Origin: Octopus sinensis
Taxonomy: Eukaryota
Reading direction: 5' to 3'
Length of the DNA: 64,000 nt
NCBI RefSeq assembly: GCF_006345805.1
Contig: NC_042998.1
Span: 25,420,001-25,484,000, forward strand
A program made the translations under genes and the position numbers. Below, in pieces: positions 12,779 through 24,905 of the stretch. The number at the start of each line of letters is the position of its first letter. The first letter of the stretch is position 1. The notes under the pieces were generated by a model, which was not told where the DNA came from, did not search any database, and worked only from the letters and a program-made list of their open reading frames with translations.

Positions 12779-13376
12779 ATCAGCATTGCCACAGCTCTGA
12801 GCTGAAACTAGGGAGAAAAAAAAATACAAGGAAACAGCACAAGAACTTATATTTCAAGATCACTACTGCTCCGACATACAACATGTATTTCATGTAGCAT
12901 TCTTCTGTTTTACCATTTCCTTGATTTTATTGTTTCTTGCAATTCTAGAAACAGTGAAATATAGCCAACTTTTGCAAATATGAATTGATTTAAAAGAAAA
13001 AATTAGTTATTGTTTATCACATTGGTCATTTTTATTTTATATATAGATTTTATTATTATGGTTATACAGTGTAGCTGAACGCAGTAGAATTGTGTGTCAG
13101 GATTAGTAATTCTTAGAAAAATATACACTTATCTTCTCAATCAATTCTGTAACTGCAAAGGGAAATTAATGAAAAGTTTCTAATGATTAATGTCTTTTAG
13201 TTTTATTTGCCAATATATGTTTGACCTTTCAAGCAATTTGATGAATATTAAATCTTAGATGAATAAAAATATTAAATCATCAGAAGATAAAATAGATACA
13301 CAATAATTACCACCACCACCACCATCGCCACCACCATCACCTCCACCATCACTTTTATCTCTGCTGCTGCTTTTGC

Positions 13377-13419
<43 letters not shown>

Positions 13420-13827
13420 ATTGATTTTGTTATCTTTGTTATCAGAAGTGGTAGATTAATCACCGTCCCCCTCATCTTGACAATGTATCCATCTGCACAA
13501 TTATCATCTCTTGAAAAGAAAACAAAGCCAAAAACAAAAACAAAATCAGAGACAAAAAAAGAAAACGTAAACAGAAAGGAACAGAGAAACTTCAGTGTAA
13601 ATGTTTCCAGGACACCTAATTTATGTTATAGTAATAATAAAAAATATTCTTATCAAAAGTTTCAGAGAACAAGAAAAAAAGTGAAGCAAAAATTTACATT
13701 TTAATTCAATATATTCACTTACATGAAAAAAAAAACAGCACCTCTTTAAAAAAAAACAGAAAGAAAAAGAAAAATTAACAGATATTTACAACCCTTCTCA
13801 ATTCCTGAGTTATGTCTGGAAATAATG

Positions 13828-13910
13828 CATGGTCTGTCACATGGTCTGTCACATGATCTGTCACATGGTCTGTCACATGGTCTATAACATGATCTATAAC
13901 GTGGTCTGTA
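13828..13910. repeat. 12-bp minisatellite (catggtctgtca), about 7 copies
   Basis: Direct reading. Units decay towards catgatctataa. Confidence 0.85.
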
Positions 13911-14203
13911 ATATCAGAAATGAGGTGCTTGGAGAACTGTGAAATGTGGTTCTTAAGGAGAATATTTATTTCTTTATTGCCCACATGGGGCTAAACATAG
14001 AGGGAACAAACAAGGACAGACAAAGGGATTAAGTTGATTACATTGACCCAGTGCATAACTGGTACTTATTTAATCGACCCCGAAAGGATGAAAGGCTAAG
14101 TTGACCGCAGCAAATTTTGAACTCAGATCGTAATGGCAGACGAAATTCCGTTAAGCATTTTGCCCGGCATTCTAATGAATCTGCCAGCTCATCGCCCTTA
14201 AAG

Positions 14204-14770
14204 AGAATATTGAGGACAGGCAAAGTGTCTAATGGAGAAGTGATAGCCAGGTTTGTGGTACATAGGAAACTATATCATGAGATAAGGGCCAAGTAACTGA
14301 GATTTTTTGGTCATGTGATGAGGGAAAAGGGCCAGGAGAATTTAGTGATGACCGGAAAGATGGAAGGGAAAATATATTTCCTTATTGCTCACGAGGGGCT
14401 AAACACAGAGGGGACAAACAAGGATGGACAAATGGATTAAGTTGATTACATCGACCCCAGTGCATAGCTGATACTTAGTTTATTGACCCCGAAAGGATGA
14501 AAGGCAAAGTCGACCTTGGCGGAATTTGAACTCACAACGTAATGGCAGACGAAATACGGCTACACATTTCGCCCGGCGTGCTAACGTTTCTGCCAGGGAA
14601 AATAAGCAGAGGAAGGAGAGTTATGATATGGATGTTAAGCTTTGATGAATGATTGGAAGAAAGAGGCATTAAACATCAAGAAGTGGAACTATTACAGAAA
14701 ACAAAGAACAGAGAACAGTGGCAGGACACAATCACATATGCCCTACATACTGGCACCTAAAGAAGAAGAA
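14204..14770 (+). mobile_element. RTE (BovB-like) LINE 3' end, interrupted by SINE B
   Basis: Translates RILR..SNGEV..LRFFGHVMREKGQENLVMTGKMEGK | ISRGRR..W.., ending in a (GAA)n tail. The SINE at 14375-14596 is flanked by the 10-bp TSD agggaaaata. Confidence 0.8.
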
Positions 14771-17059
14771 CTCAGTGACTCAATTTATCAGGAATAGAAT
14801 ACAAAATTGCACACACATGTATAACTTATCTAACAAACTACAGTGGAAAAGGCTAGCCACTGGATTTGGTTAAAAAGAGATGATGAACGATGGCTAGAGA
14901 AATATTGAGCTATATTTAATAACCAGTTGATCTAGCAAGTGGGGCCTCATATCAGTATGTGGGGGCCAGTGCACATTGATGCCGTCGAGAGGTAGGCCCC
15001 GAAAAGGTGCGCATTCTCTCCTGATGACCCCATACACTTGCTGGATTCCGGTATGTGGAATTCTCGGCTGGTATCACTTGCATGTGCAAGTTGTTTGCAA
15101 GACATATATTAGAAAGACTATTGAAAAGGTCGCAAGATGCAACGAACATTTTAGGAAAATAAGAATAAGAAATAAGTAGAAATTTTACCGGTGAGTGTGT
15201 TTTATTATAAGACACAAAAAGAAAATGACTCTCCCCAGACACAACAGAATGAAAAAAGAAAAAAAAACATTAGAAAAACATGTCACTTTTAATGACAGTA
15301 ATTCACATGTCTTATCTCTGTCTGTCTCTGTCTCTCTCTCTCTCTCTCACCTTTCTTGAGTAGAATTAATAATTTAGCAAATGATTATTGTTCACCTTAG
15401 CCTAAGTGAAATTTCCACCCCTCTTCACCTACTTTAACATTTCTGGTTAGTGTTGTTCTGCTGTCGTTATGTATTCCTGTACAAATATCAGAGTGCAACA
15501 TCAAACAACGAAACAACAATAGATGGAGGAATCAATTACATCAGATTACAATCTTATCTACATCTCTTGCTTAACATAGAAACTACACCATTTTGAAACA
15601 ACTTAATGCTGTTCTGTAGAAGTCATTTCATTTGCAGTCACAGACAAATGTCTGTTCAAACAAATCTCAAGTGTTTAAACGATGAGACATCAAAATAGAG
15701 CTGCTTATAAAATTATTACAGTCAGAAAGTTATCCAAATAATAATTCTCTATCTTTCTGATAACTACTGGTATTACCACTGGTCCTATGATAAAAAAACA
15801 TTTTAAAGTGTTCATGTTAAAATTTGATTATTTTTATCATAATTTTATGACAGATCTTTTTGATTAGTTATATTCCAAACACAAACTTAATCATGAAAAT
15901 GTCATTGTTTTAAGAAATCATTCAAAATTCTTGATTATTTTCAAAAGCAGATAAATATGTGGAGAATGTATTTTATTAGAAATACTCTTTCACTCTTTTA
16001 CTTGTTTCAGTCATTTGACTGCAGCCATGCTGGAGCACCGCCTTTAATCAAAGAAATTGACCCCAGGACTTATTCTTTGTAAGTCTAGTACTTATTCTAT
16101 CAGTCTCTTTTGCCGAACCACTAAGTTACCGGGATGTAAATACACCACCATCGGTTTTCAAGCGGTGTTGGGGGAACAAACACAGACACAGAAACATATA
16201 CACACACACATACATACATACATACATATATATATATATACATATATACAATGGGCTTCTTTCAGTTTCCATCTACCAAATCCACTCACAAGGCTTTGGT
16301 CGGCTTGAGGCTATAGTAGAAGACACTCACCCAAGGTGTCATGCAGTGGAACTGAACCCAGAACCCTGTGGTTGGTAAGCAAGCTACTTACCACACAACC
16401 ACTCCTACAGTAACAAAAAGATTAAAATAGCTCTGGTAAAGGTTATTTAAGTAATCATATAATCAATAGAATCTAAAGAGATTGGTGTTGTTCTGTGTTG
16501 TTCTTGTGTTGTAAGAGTAATAAAAAGAGTACAGTGAACTTGCCTTCAGAATTGAAAAATTGAACATTTCAGAAACAGTGCTTCTTCAGAGGAAAGAGCT
16601 GAAAGGAGAGAAAATAATGAAAGACAGCAGGGTTTTAAAAACTCTAAGCTAAAAGGATTGGCTGCAACTGATGAGGAGTGCAGGAGAATTTAAGCTTCAT
16701 CCACAACTTTAGCATTTATACTTTCTTGCGCTAGAACCACCTCTATCTTTTCCAAACCATCTCTCCTCATGTTTCAAAGAGATGAAAAACCAAGAAAATC
16801 TCCTAATAAGGAATTTCATAGCACCCAACCCCACACAACTTTTAAATGTGCTCACCAGTAATATAACATCTAAAGCTGTACTAACAATACTTCAACCATC
16901 CATGGACTTATGATACAAAATCATATTACTCAGAATTTTTTTGCCCATTATCTGATTTTATATATTGCGTCACACCAAAACTTTGCAGTGCCCTTTACAT
17001 GGGGGAAACAGGCCAACACCAAGCTGATCACTTTTGGGGACATATTCAAAGCATACTAC

Positions 17060-17640
17060 CACATATAACGGGAAAGTTTACGAAAATAAACAAAAGACGA
17101 AGGCAGGTGGAGTACAAACAAACAAATGTATTAGTATAGCGCTCAGGAATAGAAATAGAAAAAGTCTTTTACATTTCGAGCCTACGCTCTTCGACAGAAA
17201 GATACACAGAAAAAAACAAGGAGAGAAACAAGGAAAGAAAAAAATGCATGTAGGAGCTAACAATCTATTATGGCGTCCTGACTTCGGACAGTGGTCAGAC
17301 GCATACCACATATACCTGACCAACCTGTCACCACTCACTTCAACACTACAGACCATTCCATCACTCAATTATCAGTGTGCAGCATCACCACACACCATAA
17401 ATCCACACCACATTCCCAAGGAAATGGATGGAACCACATTTCATATTTGAGCTTGATATCATGTCACCAACAGCTTTAAATGAACATTTTTTCTTGTTTT
17501 ACTCCTACATTTCCTAAATTCTGAAACCCTTTCTTCACTTACAACTCCTCTCTCTCTCTCTCTCTCTTCATCTTTTCCCTTCATCTCACTCTTGACTTTG
17601 CCTGTTTCTCCACATTCCATTACTTTTTCCTTCTTATACC
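17060..17640 (+). mobile_element. Penelope-like element fragment: GIY-YIG C-terminus with an inverted HHR-bearing pLTR piece
   Basis: Plus strand PDQPVTTHFNTTDHSITQLSVCSI and RKWMEPHFIFELDIMSPTALNEHF match the PLE endonuclease tail pattern (PVA.HFN..HS..L; R..E..IF.L.T..P.GLN). A pyrimidine-rich 3' region follows. Confidence 0.65.
17165..17202 (-). ncRNA. Minimal type-I hammerhead ribozyme motif (A6 substituted)
   Basis: Minus strand reads TCTTT-CTGTCGA-A-GAGC-GTAG-GCTC-GAAA-TGT-A-AAAGA: 5-bp stem I, 4-bp stem II, core CUGUCGA instead of CUGANGA. Confidence 0.55.
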
Positions 17641-18421
17641 TATTTCTTTATTACCCACAAGGGGCTAAACATAGAGGGGACAAACATGGGCAGACATAGG
17701 TATTAAGTCGATTACATCGACCCCAGTGCGTAACTGGTACTTAATTTATCGACCCCAAAAGGATGAAAGGCAAAGTCGACCTTGGCAGAATTTGAACTCA
17801 CAACGTAATGGCAGACGAAATACCCCTAAGCATTTCGCCCAACGTGCTAACGTTTCTGCCAGCTCACCGCCTACTTATACCATTTCTTCTACCACCCCTT
17901 ATTCTCTTTTACTCTTTTACTTGTTTCAGTCATTTGACTGCGGCCATGCTGGAGCACCACCTTTAGTCAAAGAAATCAACCCCAGGACTTATTCTTTGTA
18001 AGCTTAGTACTTATTCCATCAGTCTCTTTTCATCACTCTGGTGTTTAGGATCTTTCAAGTATTTGTAAGACACTGCATTATTGATGCGGCCTATCAACAC
18101 CAAAATATGGGCTTTACACCATAGTTCATTTAATTTTTGATTAATTTAAAATTTGAAGTTGTCTCCCCTTTCTTTTCCTAGTAATTTAGCTAACAATTAT
18201 TTTCTCTTCCCTATCAAGATAATTTAAATTAGGCGTAGGAGTGGCTGTGTGGTAAGTAGCTTGCTTACCAACCACATGGTTCCGGGTTCAGTCCCGCTGT
18301 GAGGTACCTTGGGCAAGTGTCTTCTACTATAGCCTCAGTCCAACAAAAGTCTTGTGAATGGATGTGGTAGACAGAAACTGAAAGAAGCCCGTCGTATATA
18401 TGTATATATATATATATTTAA

Positions 18422-18465
<44 letters not shown>

Positions 18466-18474
18466 ATTTATATT

Positions 18475-18507
<33 letters not shown>

Positions 18508-18785
18508 ATGTGTGTGTGTATGTGAATGTATATGTTTGTGTGTCTGTGTTTGTACCCCCCCTCCCCAACATCGCTTGTCAACCAATGCTGGTGTGTTTAC
18601 GTCCCGGTAACTTAGCGATTCGGGGAAAAGAGACCGATAGAATATGTACAAGGCTTACGAAGAATAAGTCAAGGGATCGATTTGCTCGACTAAAGGTGGT
18701 GCTCCAGCATGGCCACAGTCAAAAATGACTGAAACAAGTATAAGAGTAAATGAGAGTATTTATTTATTCCCAATATTAAATGTTA

Positions 18786-18831
<46 letters not shown>

Positions 18832-20221
18832 TACACACATGCTAACCTAGCCATTCAGTGATTATTATTTTTATACAAATGCTTTCATAAAAAAAAAGGG
18901 GGAGAGTATATCAGCAACTATTGGGAAACTCGTAAATTACTCAGCTACAAATCTAAAGGCATTATCAGTAAATATTTTAAACTGCGATGCTGTTTAGCAG
19001 ATCTAAAAGATTCAGATCACTTTAATATTGTTGCATTGAATCTGCCAGTGAAATGCAATTCGGTATTTGTTCAGTCATTAAACATGTAAGCTTCTTTTTA
19101 AAGTGAATAGTGATCGTCATTAAACACATAACCAAATTTGGGCACAAACGTAATCTTCGGAAAAGATATCAAAGTGGATGTTGAAAGCATTAAGAATGAT
19201 TGCATGTCAATATACGGTTTATTTGTAATAATGTATTGATCAATATTAATGAACATCTATTTTCAGAATGTTGTTTAAATTCCAAACAGATGTTAAAAAT
19301 GTATCAATGGAGAAACTGCAGATATAACGGGATATTGACAAGCAATAAAATGAAATTACTAAGTATACAAAGTAATACCAGAATAAGGAAAAAAAAAAAC
19401 AAATGTGATACATATATCTTTTACCATTATTTATTATATCAGAAATAGAATACCTATTTATATGATGTTCATTAATTTATATATATGTCAAATGATATAT
19501 TTTAATGCAACAAGACTTTGCAATTGATTTATAATTAAGTTTACTTCTTTCAGTCAAACTGAATTCTTCCAACTATTTTATTTTTCTGTAAGACTGGTGG
19601 TTCTTTATTATGGAACTTTGTGAAAACATTCACAGTAAAATAATGATACATTTCGTTGCAACATCTGAAGTAATTTGGTTTGTAAATGCTGGTTTTACAC
19701 TCAAGAGATATGAATTTTTAACTTCAAAGAACGGTTAATCATAGAATACGGCAGCAAGCACTAAGCATGTTGAAACACCAGCAGATTTTATCAACTAAAT
19801 TATTATCAATGTCTTAGTTATTTTTTGCAGTCGGAATTTATATCTTGTTTTCTCGTATCATTTTTAGAAGCCTGTATGTATTAGATAGACAATAATCAGA
19901 TTACTTACACACGCATACAAACACACACACACATATGCAATTTGAAATGTGTAAAAATATATTCTCCTTCTTTGATTTTCATAGAAATATTGATGTTATT
20001 TTACACTAACCTTCTGAGAGAATGAGTAGCTCTGTTTCTAGTTTTCATTTTTGCTGCTTTAAAGATAATCAGGAGATCATCGAAGATCATTGAAGGAGAG
20101 GGGCTTTCTCTTAATTTATCGACCCCTGAAAGGATGAAAGGGAAAGTTGACCTTGGTGGAATTTGAACTCAGAATGTAGCGGCAGTCGAAATACCGCTAA
20201 ACATTTCAAACAAATACTGAT

Positions 20222-20420
20222 CCAGGTTGCGGATCCATGGAATAAGCTGCCGGACGAGATAGTGAAAATGCCGACGACCGCTTGGTTCAAAGTCTCTCTT
20301 GACCAGAAATAGCCTGAACTCTTTGTATGACCACCCTCCCTGCACATAACTCCCTATACCCCTACATGGCCTTGCCTTTGGTTTTTGAGCCAATAAAAAT
20401 TGAATTGAATTGAATTGAAT
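20222..20420 (+). mobile_element. CR1-type LINE 3' end
   Basis: Translates VADPWNKLPDEIVKMPTTAWFKVSLDQK (CR1 pattern WN.LP.EVV....FK..LD), short 3' UTR, (AATTG)n tail. Confidence 0.75.
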
Positions 20421-22539
20421 CAGAGCTATTCAAACAGATCATTTCAGCTCCTTATTTAACTGTTAAAATCGTACAGTAGTTGCAGTAATATGCAACACAT
20501 TCGAACCTGATACATACATTTGTAGATATGTGTAACTACATGAGATATTAATCATGCATTAATAAATTTAGAATCTGTCAATGATTTTAGAATTAATGAC
20601 CTAAAAGTGATTTGTGTAGGAGTTAAAGAGTCCTAACTGGGGTTATGAATCATCAACAATCCAACAATGCTTAATTTTGCCAGCTTTTTAAATTGAAGAG
20701 TATATTAACTGACACTAATTTTAAGGAAGAACTGATGGGAAGAAGTATCTCAAATTTTCAATGAGCTGAGAGTAGTTTCTTCAACCTGCACGAATATCAA
20801 GCTAGATGATGCGATCGTATTGCACATAAATGTCAGGTGGAAGCCACGATGAAAATAAATTTGGTATTGAGGATATCTTACAAACATAGTGAATTCGATA
20901 GATCACTTCTGAATGATGAAATAGCTATGGCTTTAGCTTAACTACAGAAAGTGTTTGGGTTGTGTTACATTCTGCATGACACTGTGAATGCATTCTGATA
21001 GCTTGCATATCAGAGATAAGAATGGGCAGAAACAGTGAGTGATAAACAAAAACTTGAGGCGCTGATGAAGGTAGATATGAGAGGGAGCTGGCTAAAGGCA
21101 GCGAGCTGGCAGAAATGTTAGCATGCCAGGCGAAATGCTTAGTGGTATTTTGTCTGCCGCTACGTTCTGAGTTCAAATTCTGCCGAGGTTGACTTTGCCT
21201 TTCATCTTTTCGGGGTCGATTAAATAAGTACCAGTTACAGACTGGGGTCAATGTAATCGACTTAATACATTTGTCCTTGTTTGTCCTCTCGGTGTTTAGC
21301 CCCTTGTGGGTAATATAGAAGTAGATATGAGAGGGAAATCAGGGAAAAGGGATGTTTAGAGGAAAATAAAGTTGTAAGGAATATTGGGAAGGCAGGATGG
21401 ATAACAAAATGAATTGGTTCTAAGGAGGAGGGAAAACCGGGAGCACAAATGGAGGATGAAATACATGCAGGTCTGCTCTCGTATGATTACAGCATTTGAG
21501 TGAACAATATTGTAATCGGAAGACTGTTAGAGAAATGGATGTTAGGAATATGAGTTGTGGGGAAGGATTGACAGGGACAGATTGGGTGCAAGGACATGGC
21601 ATCAATGGTATGCTTCAGGGCTCCATTTATGTACATTTATGACCCATGTTTCACCACCATGTAGCATTGCTGTCACTCACAAGCATTATACAATCAGCTT
21701 TTTCCCCAGAGAGAAGGGATTTTCTTTTCCAACAGAGACAATGGACTCTCTCAACTTTTCCCAGTTGGTTCTTATTCTAGTAATTATACTTTCAAAACAG
21801 CCACCTCCACAACAGATAACAGAAACTATGTACTACTCTCCTGGACATTTGGGAAAATATATTTCCAAAGTTTTGTAGCATTTACTGCTCCAGCACAAAC
21901 AAAGTCTACTTTCTCTGTCAGTCAACTTACCTGTTATTCTACTGCATCTCTTATATATTCATGGTTTGCACAGAGTACACCATATAAAATTTCTAACAGC
22001 AACGTTATTACACATCAAAAAGGGTTATTCTCCGAACAGTAGTAACCTGTTTTCCTGCTTCCTGGAACTTTGGCTTTGCTAAGTTGACTTAAAGGGTCTT
22101 TTGATTCCAGATTTTGTTTCCAATAGGTGTAGGAGTAGCTTTGTGGTAAGTAGCTTGCTTACGAACAACAATGGTTTCAGGTTCAGTCCCACTGCATGGC
22201 ACCTTGGCCAAGTGTCTTCAACTATATAGCCTTGGGCTGACCAAAGCCTTGTGAGTTGATTTCATAGACTGAAACTGTAAGAAGCCTGTCGTATATATGT
22301 ATGTGTGTGTGTATGTTTGTGTGTCTGTGTTTGTCCCCCCAACATCGCTTGACAACCGATGGTGGTGTGTCTACATCCCTGTAACTTAGCAGTTTGGCAA
22401 AAGCGATTGATAGAATAAATACTAGGCTTACAAAGAATAGGTCCTGGGGTCGATTTGCTTGACTAAAGGAAGTGCTCCAGCATTACCACAGTCAAATGAC
22501 TGAAACAAGTAAAAGAGCAAACCCGGAATTTCTTTTCCA

Positions 22540-23012
22540 ATTTCTGCTGCCGATTTAGCTATAAGAACAGTGCCAAGCGTAGAGAAGTCCTCATAGTACA
22601 CTCTGCTGTGTTTGCATGGAGGACAATGATAAATAGGAAGGGACTGAGAACAGAGACCTGGTACACTCCCACCTGCATGCAAAATTCGATGTTGTACTCG
22701 TTGCTAACCCATATCTTACAGACAGCATCTCTGTACATGGCTTGAATGGCTCTCACCTATCATTTATTTACTCCTAGCTTTCCTGCAGTGACTGCCTGAT
22801 CAGAGAGTAAGGAATCCTATCAAAAACTTTCTCCATATATGCACAGGAGTGGCTGTGTGGTAAGTAGCCTGCTTACCAACCACATGGTTCTGGTTTCAGT
22901 CCCACTTCGTGGCAACTTGGGCAAGTGTCTTCTACTATAGCCTCGGGCCGACCAAAGCCTTGTGAGTGGATTTGGTAGACAGAAACTGAAAGAAGCCCGT
23001 TGTATATATATA

Positions 23013-23054
<42 letters not shown>

Positions 23055-23465
23055 CGTGTGTATGTTTGTCCCCCAACATCGCTTGACAATAGATGCGGGT
23101 ATGTTTACGTCCCCGTAACTTAGCGGTTTGGCTGAAGTGACCGATAGAATAAGTACTAGGCTTACAAAGAATAAGTCCTGGGGTCGATTTGCTCGACTTA
23201 AGGCGATGTTCCAGCATGGCCACAGTCAAATGACTGAAACAAGTAAAAGAAAAGAATAAAAGAATATCAACAAATGCCAAGTACAGTGGTTTGTTTTTGG
23301 CTAAATACTTCTTCTGCAGTTGTCTTACTAGGAAGAGAGCATCGTTTGTGCTTCTCCCCAGCATAAAACCAAACTACATCTCATCTAGTTGACCTGGTCT
23401 GGCACTTTGAAACCTTTGTAATTACTTCTCCCTTCAGCATCTCTTTTACCCTTGTAACAATTCAC
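22540..23465 (-). mobile_element. RTE-type LINE reverse transcriptase fragment split by SINE A
   Basis: IVNCYKGKRDA..NYKGFK, FGFMLGRSTNDALFLVRQLQKKY..LYLAFVD | MEKVFDR, then QVGVYQVSVLSPFLF. The SINE at 22840-23262 sits exactly in the AFVD-EKAFD motif. Confidence 0.85.
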
Positions 23466-23711
23466 TATAATACTGCTACATGTTTCAGACATTTGACTGA
23501 GGCCATGCTGGAGCATTGCCTTTAGTCAAACAAATCGCCTCCAGGACTTATTCTTTGTAAGACTAGTACTTATTCCATCGATCTCTTTTGTGGAACTACT
23601 AAGTTATGGGGATGTAAACACACTAACATCGGTTGCCAAGCAGTAGTGGGTGAACAAACATAGACACACAAGCATATATATATATACGTGTATATATATA
23701 TATATATATAC

Positions 23712-23747
<36 letters not shown>

Positions 23748-24862
23748 CAAAAGAGGGGGTGTATTTCCACGCAGGAAAAAATATAGGAAAATTTGTTGTT
23801 GAAAATGCACATGAATTTGAAAAACTTGTAATTGTTTAAAATAAGTGTATTTACATATATACCAAACTAGCTTCAACAATATTTTTTGTTTATCTATAAT
23901 AAAAATTTAGAATTATGAATTAGAAAAACAAGTTTAAAAGTTTCAATGTTGACAAGTTTAAATGCTCATAACAGTCAATAATATAAAAATTGGGCATCAA
24001 CTTGTTTAAATGTACAAAGTTCATTTGTGTTAGTAGTGATAGACAAGAAATAAGTATCATCAAAGTTTCAGTCACATTGAGTTAAGAGGGAGAAAAACAA
24101 GGGAGAAATGAAAAAAGGCACAGGAGTGGCTGTATGGTAAGTAGCTTGCTAACCAACCACATGGTTCCTGGTTGAGCCCCACTGTGCGGCATCTTGGGCA
24201 AGTGTCTTCTGCTATAGCCTCGGGCTGACCAATGCTTTGTGAGCGGATTTGGTAGACGGAAACTGAAAGAAGCCTGTCGTATATATGTATATATATGTAT
24301 ATGTATGTGTGTGTGTTTGTGTGTCTGCGTTTGTCCCCCTAGCATTGCTTGACAAGCGATGCTGGTGTGCTTACGTCCCCGTCACTTAGCGGTTCGGCAA
24401 AAGAGACTGATAGAATAATTACTAGGCTTACAATGAATAAGTCCTGGGGTCGATTTGCTCAACTAAAGGCGGTGCCTCAGCATGGCCACAGTCAAATGAC
24501 TGAAACAAGTAAAAGAGTAAAAGAGTAACAAAGGGATCTGGTTTACAATTTCTCTGATTCACTTTCCGTTGTGTGGAGGAACTCTTGCTTGTATCGGTCC
24601 ATTTTGGAATCTGGTGTGTTTATAATTTTTTCCACAAGTGCATCTGATGTTTGATTCATTAAAGTACTGGTAACGTCTTGTTTTTCTGGTGATTCCAGTT
24701 GGTCGTTCTGCCTGGTTGGCTTCCATGTAAGGAATGGTCATCAGCCGTTCCAGTTGGTTGATTCTCTTAAAGGGTCATTTTGTTGTATTTGCCGAAGTTT
24801 GGTTTTGATCAGAGGTAAAATTTGATCTAGAGTAAGATGATGTCAGCAACTGGTGTTGCATA

Positions 24863-24905
<43 letters not shown>

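Noticed and set aside
13775-13984. ORF with DHVT repeats
   Set aside because: Translation of the 12-bp minisatellite adjoining a SINE tail.
14952-15242. GC-richer unique segment with 67-96 aa ORFs on both strands
   Set aside because: No recognisable domain and no consistent splice pair. Left unannotated; conservation would need a search.
21061-21095. CTGATGAAG motif as a further hammerhead
   Set aside because: No stem II or GAAA box follows. The same holds for ctgatga at about 3985, 15022, 16668 and 43587.
24545-24820. Minus-strand frame DQILPLIKTK..NG**PFLTWK..SESEKL
   Set aside because: Interrupted by two consecutive stops, weak acceptor, no family recognised.
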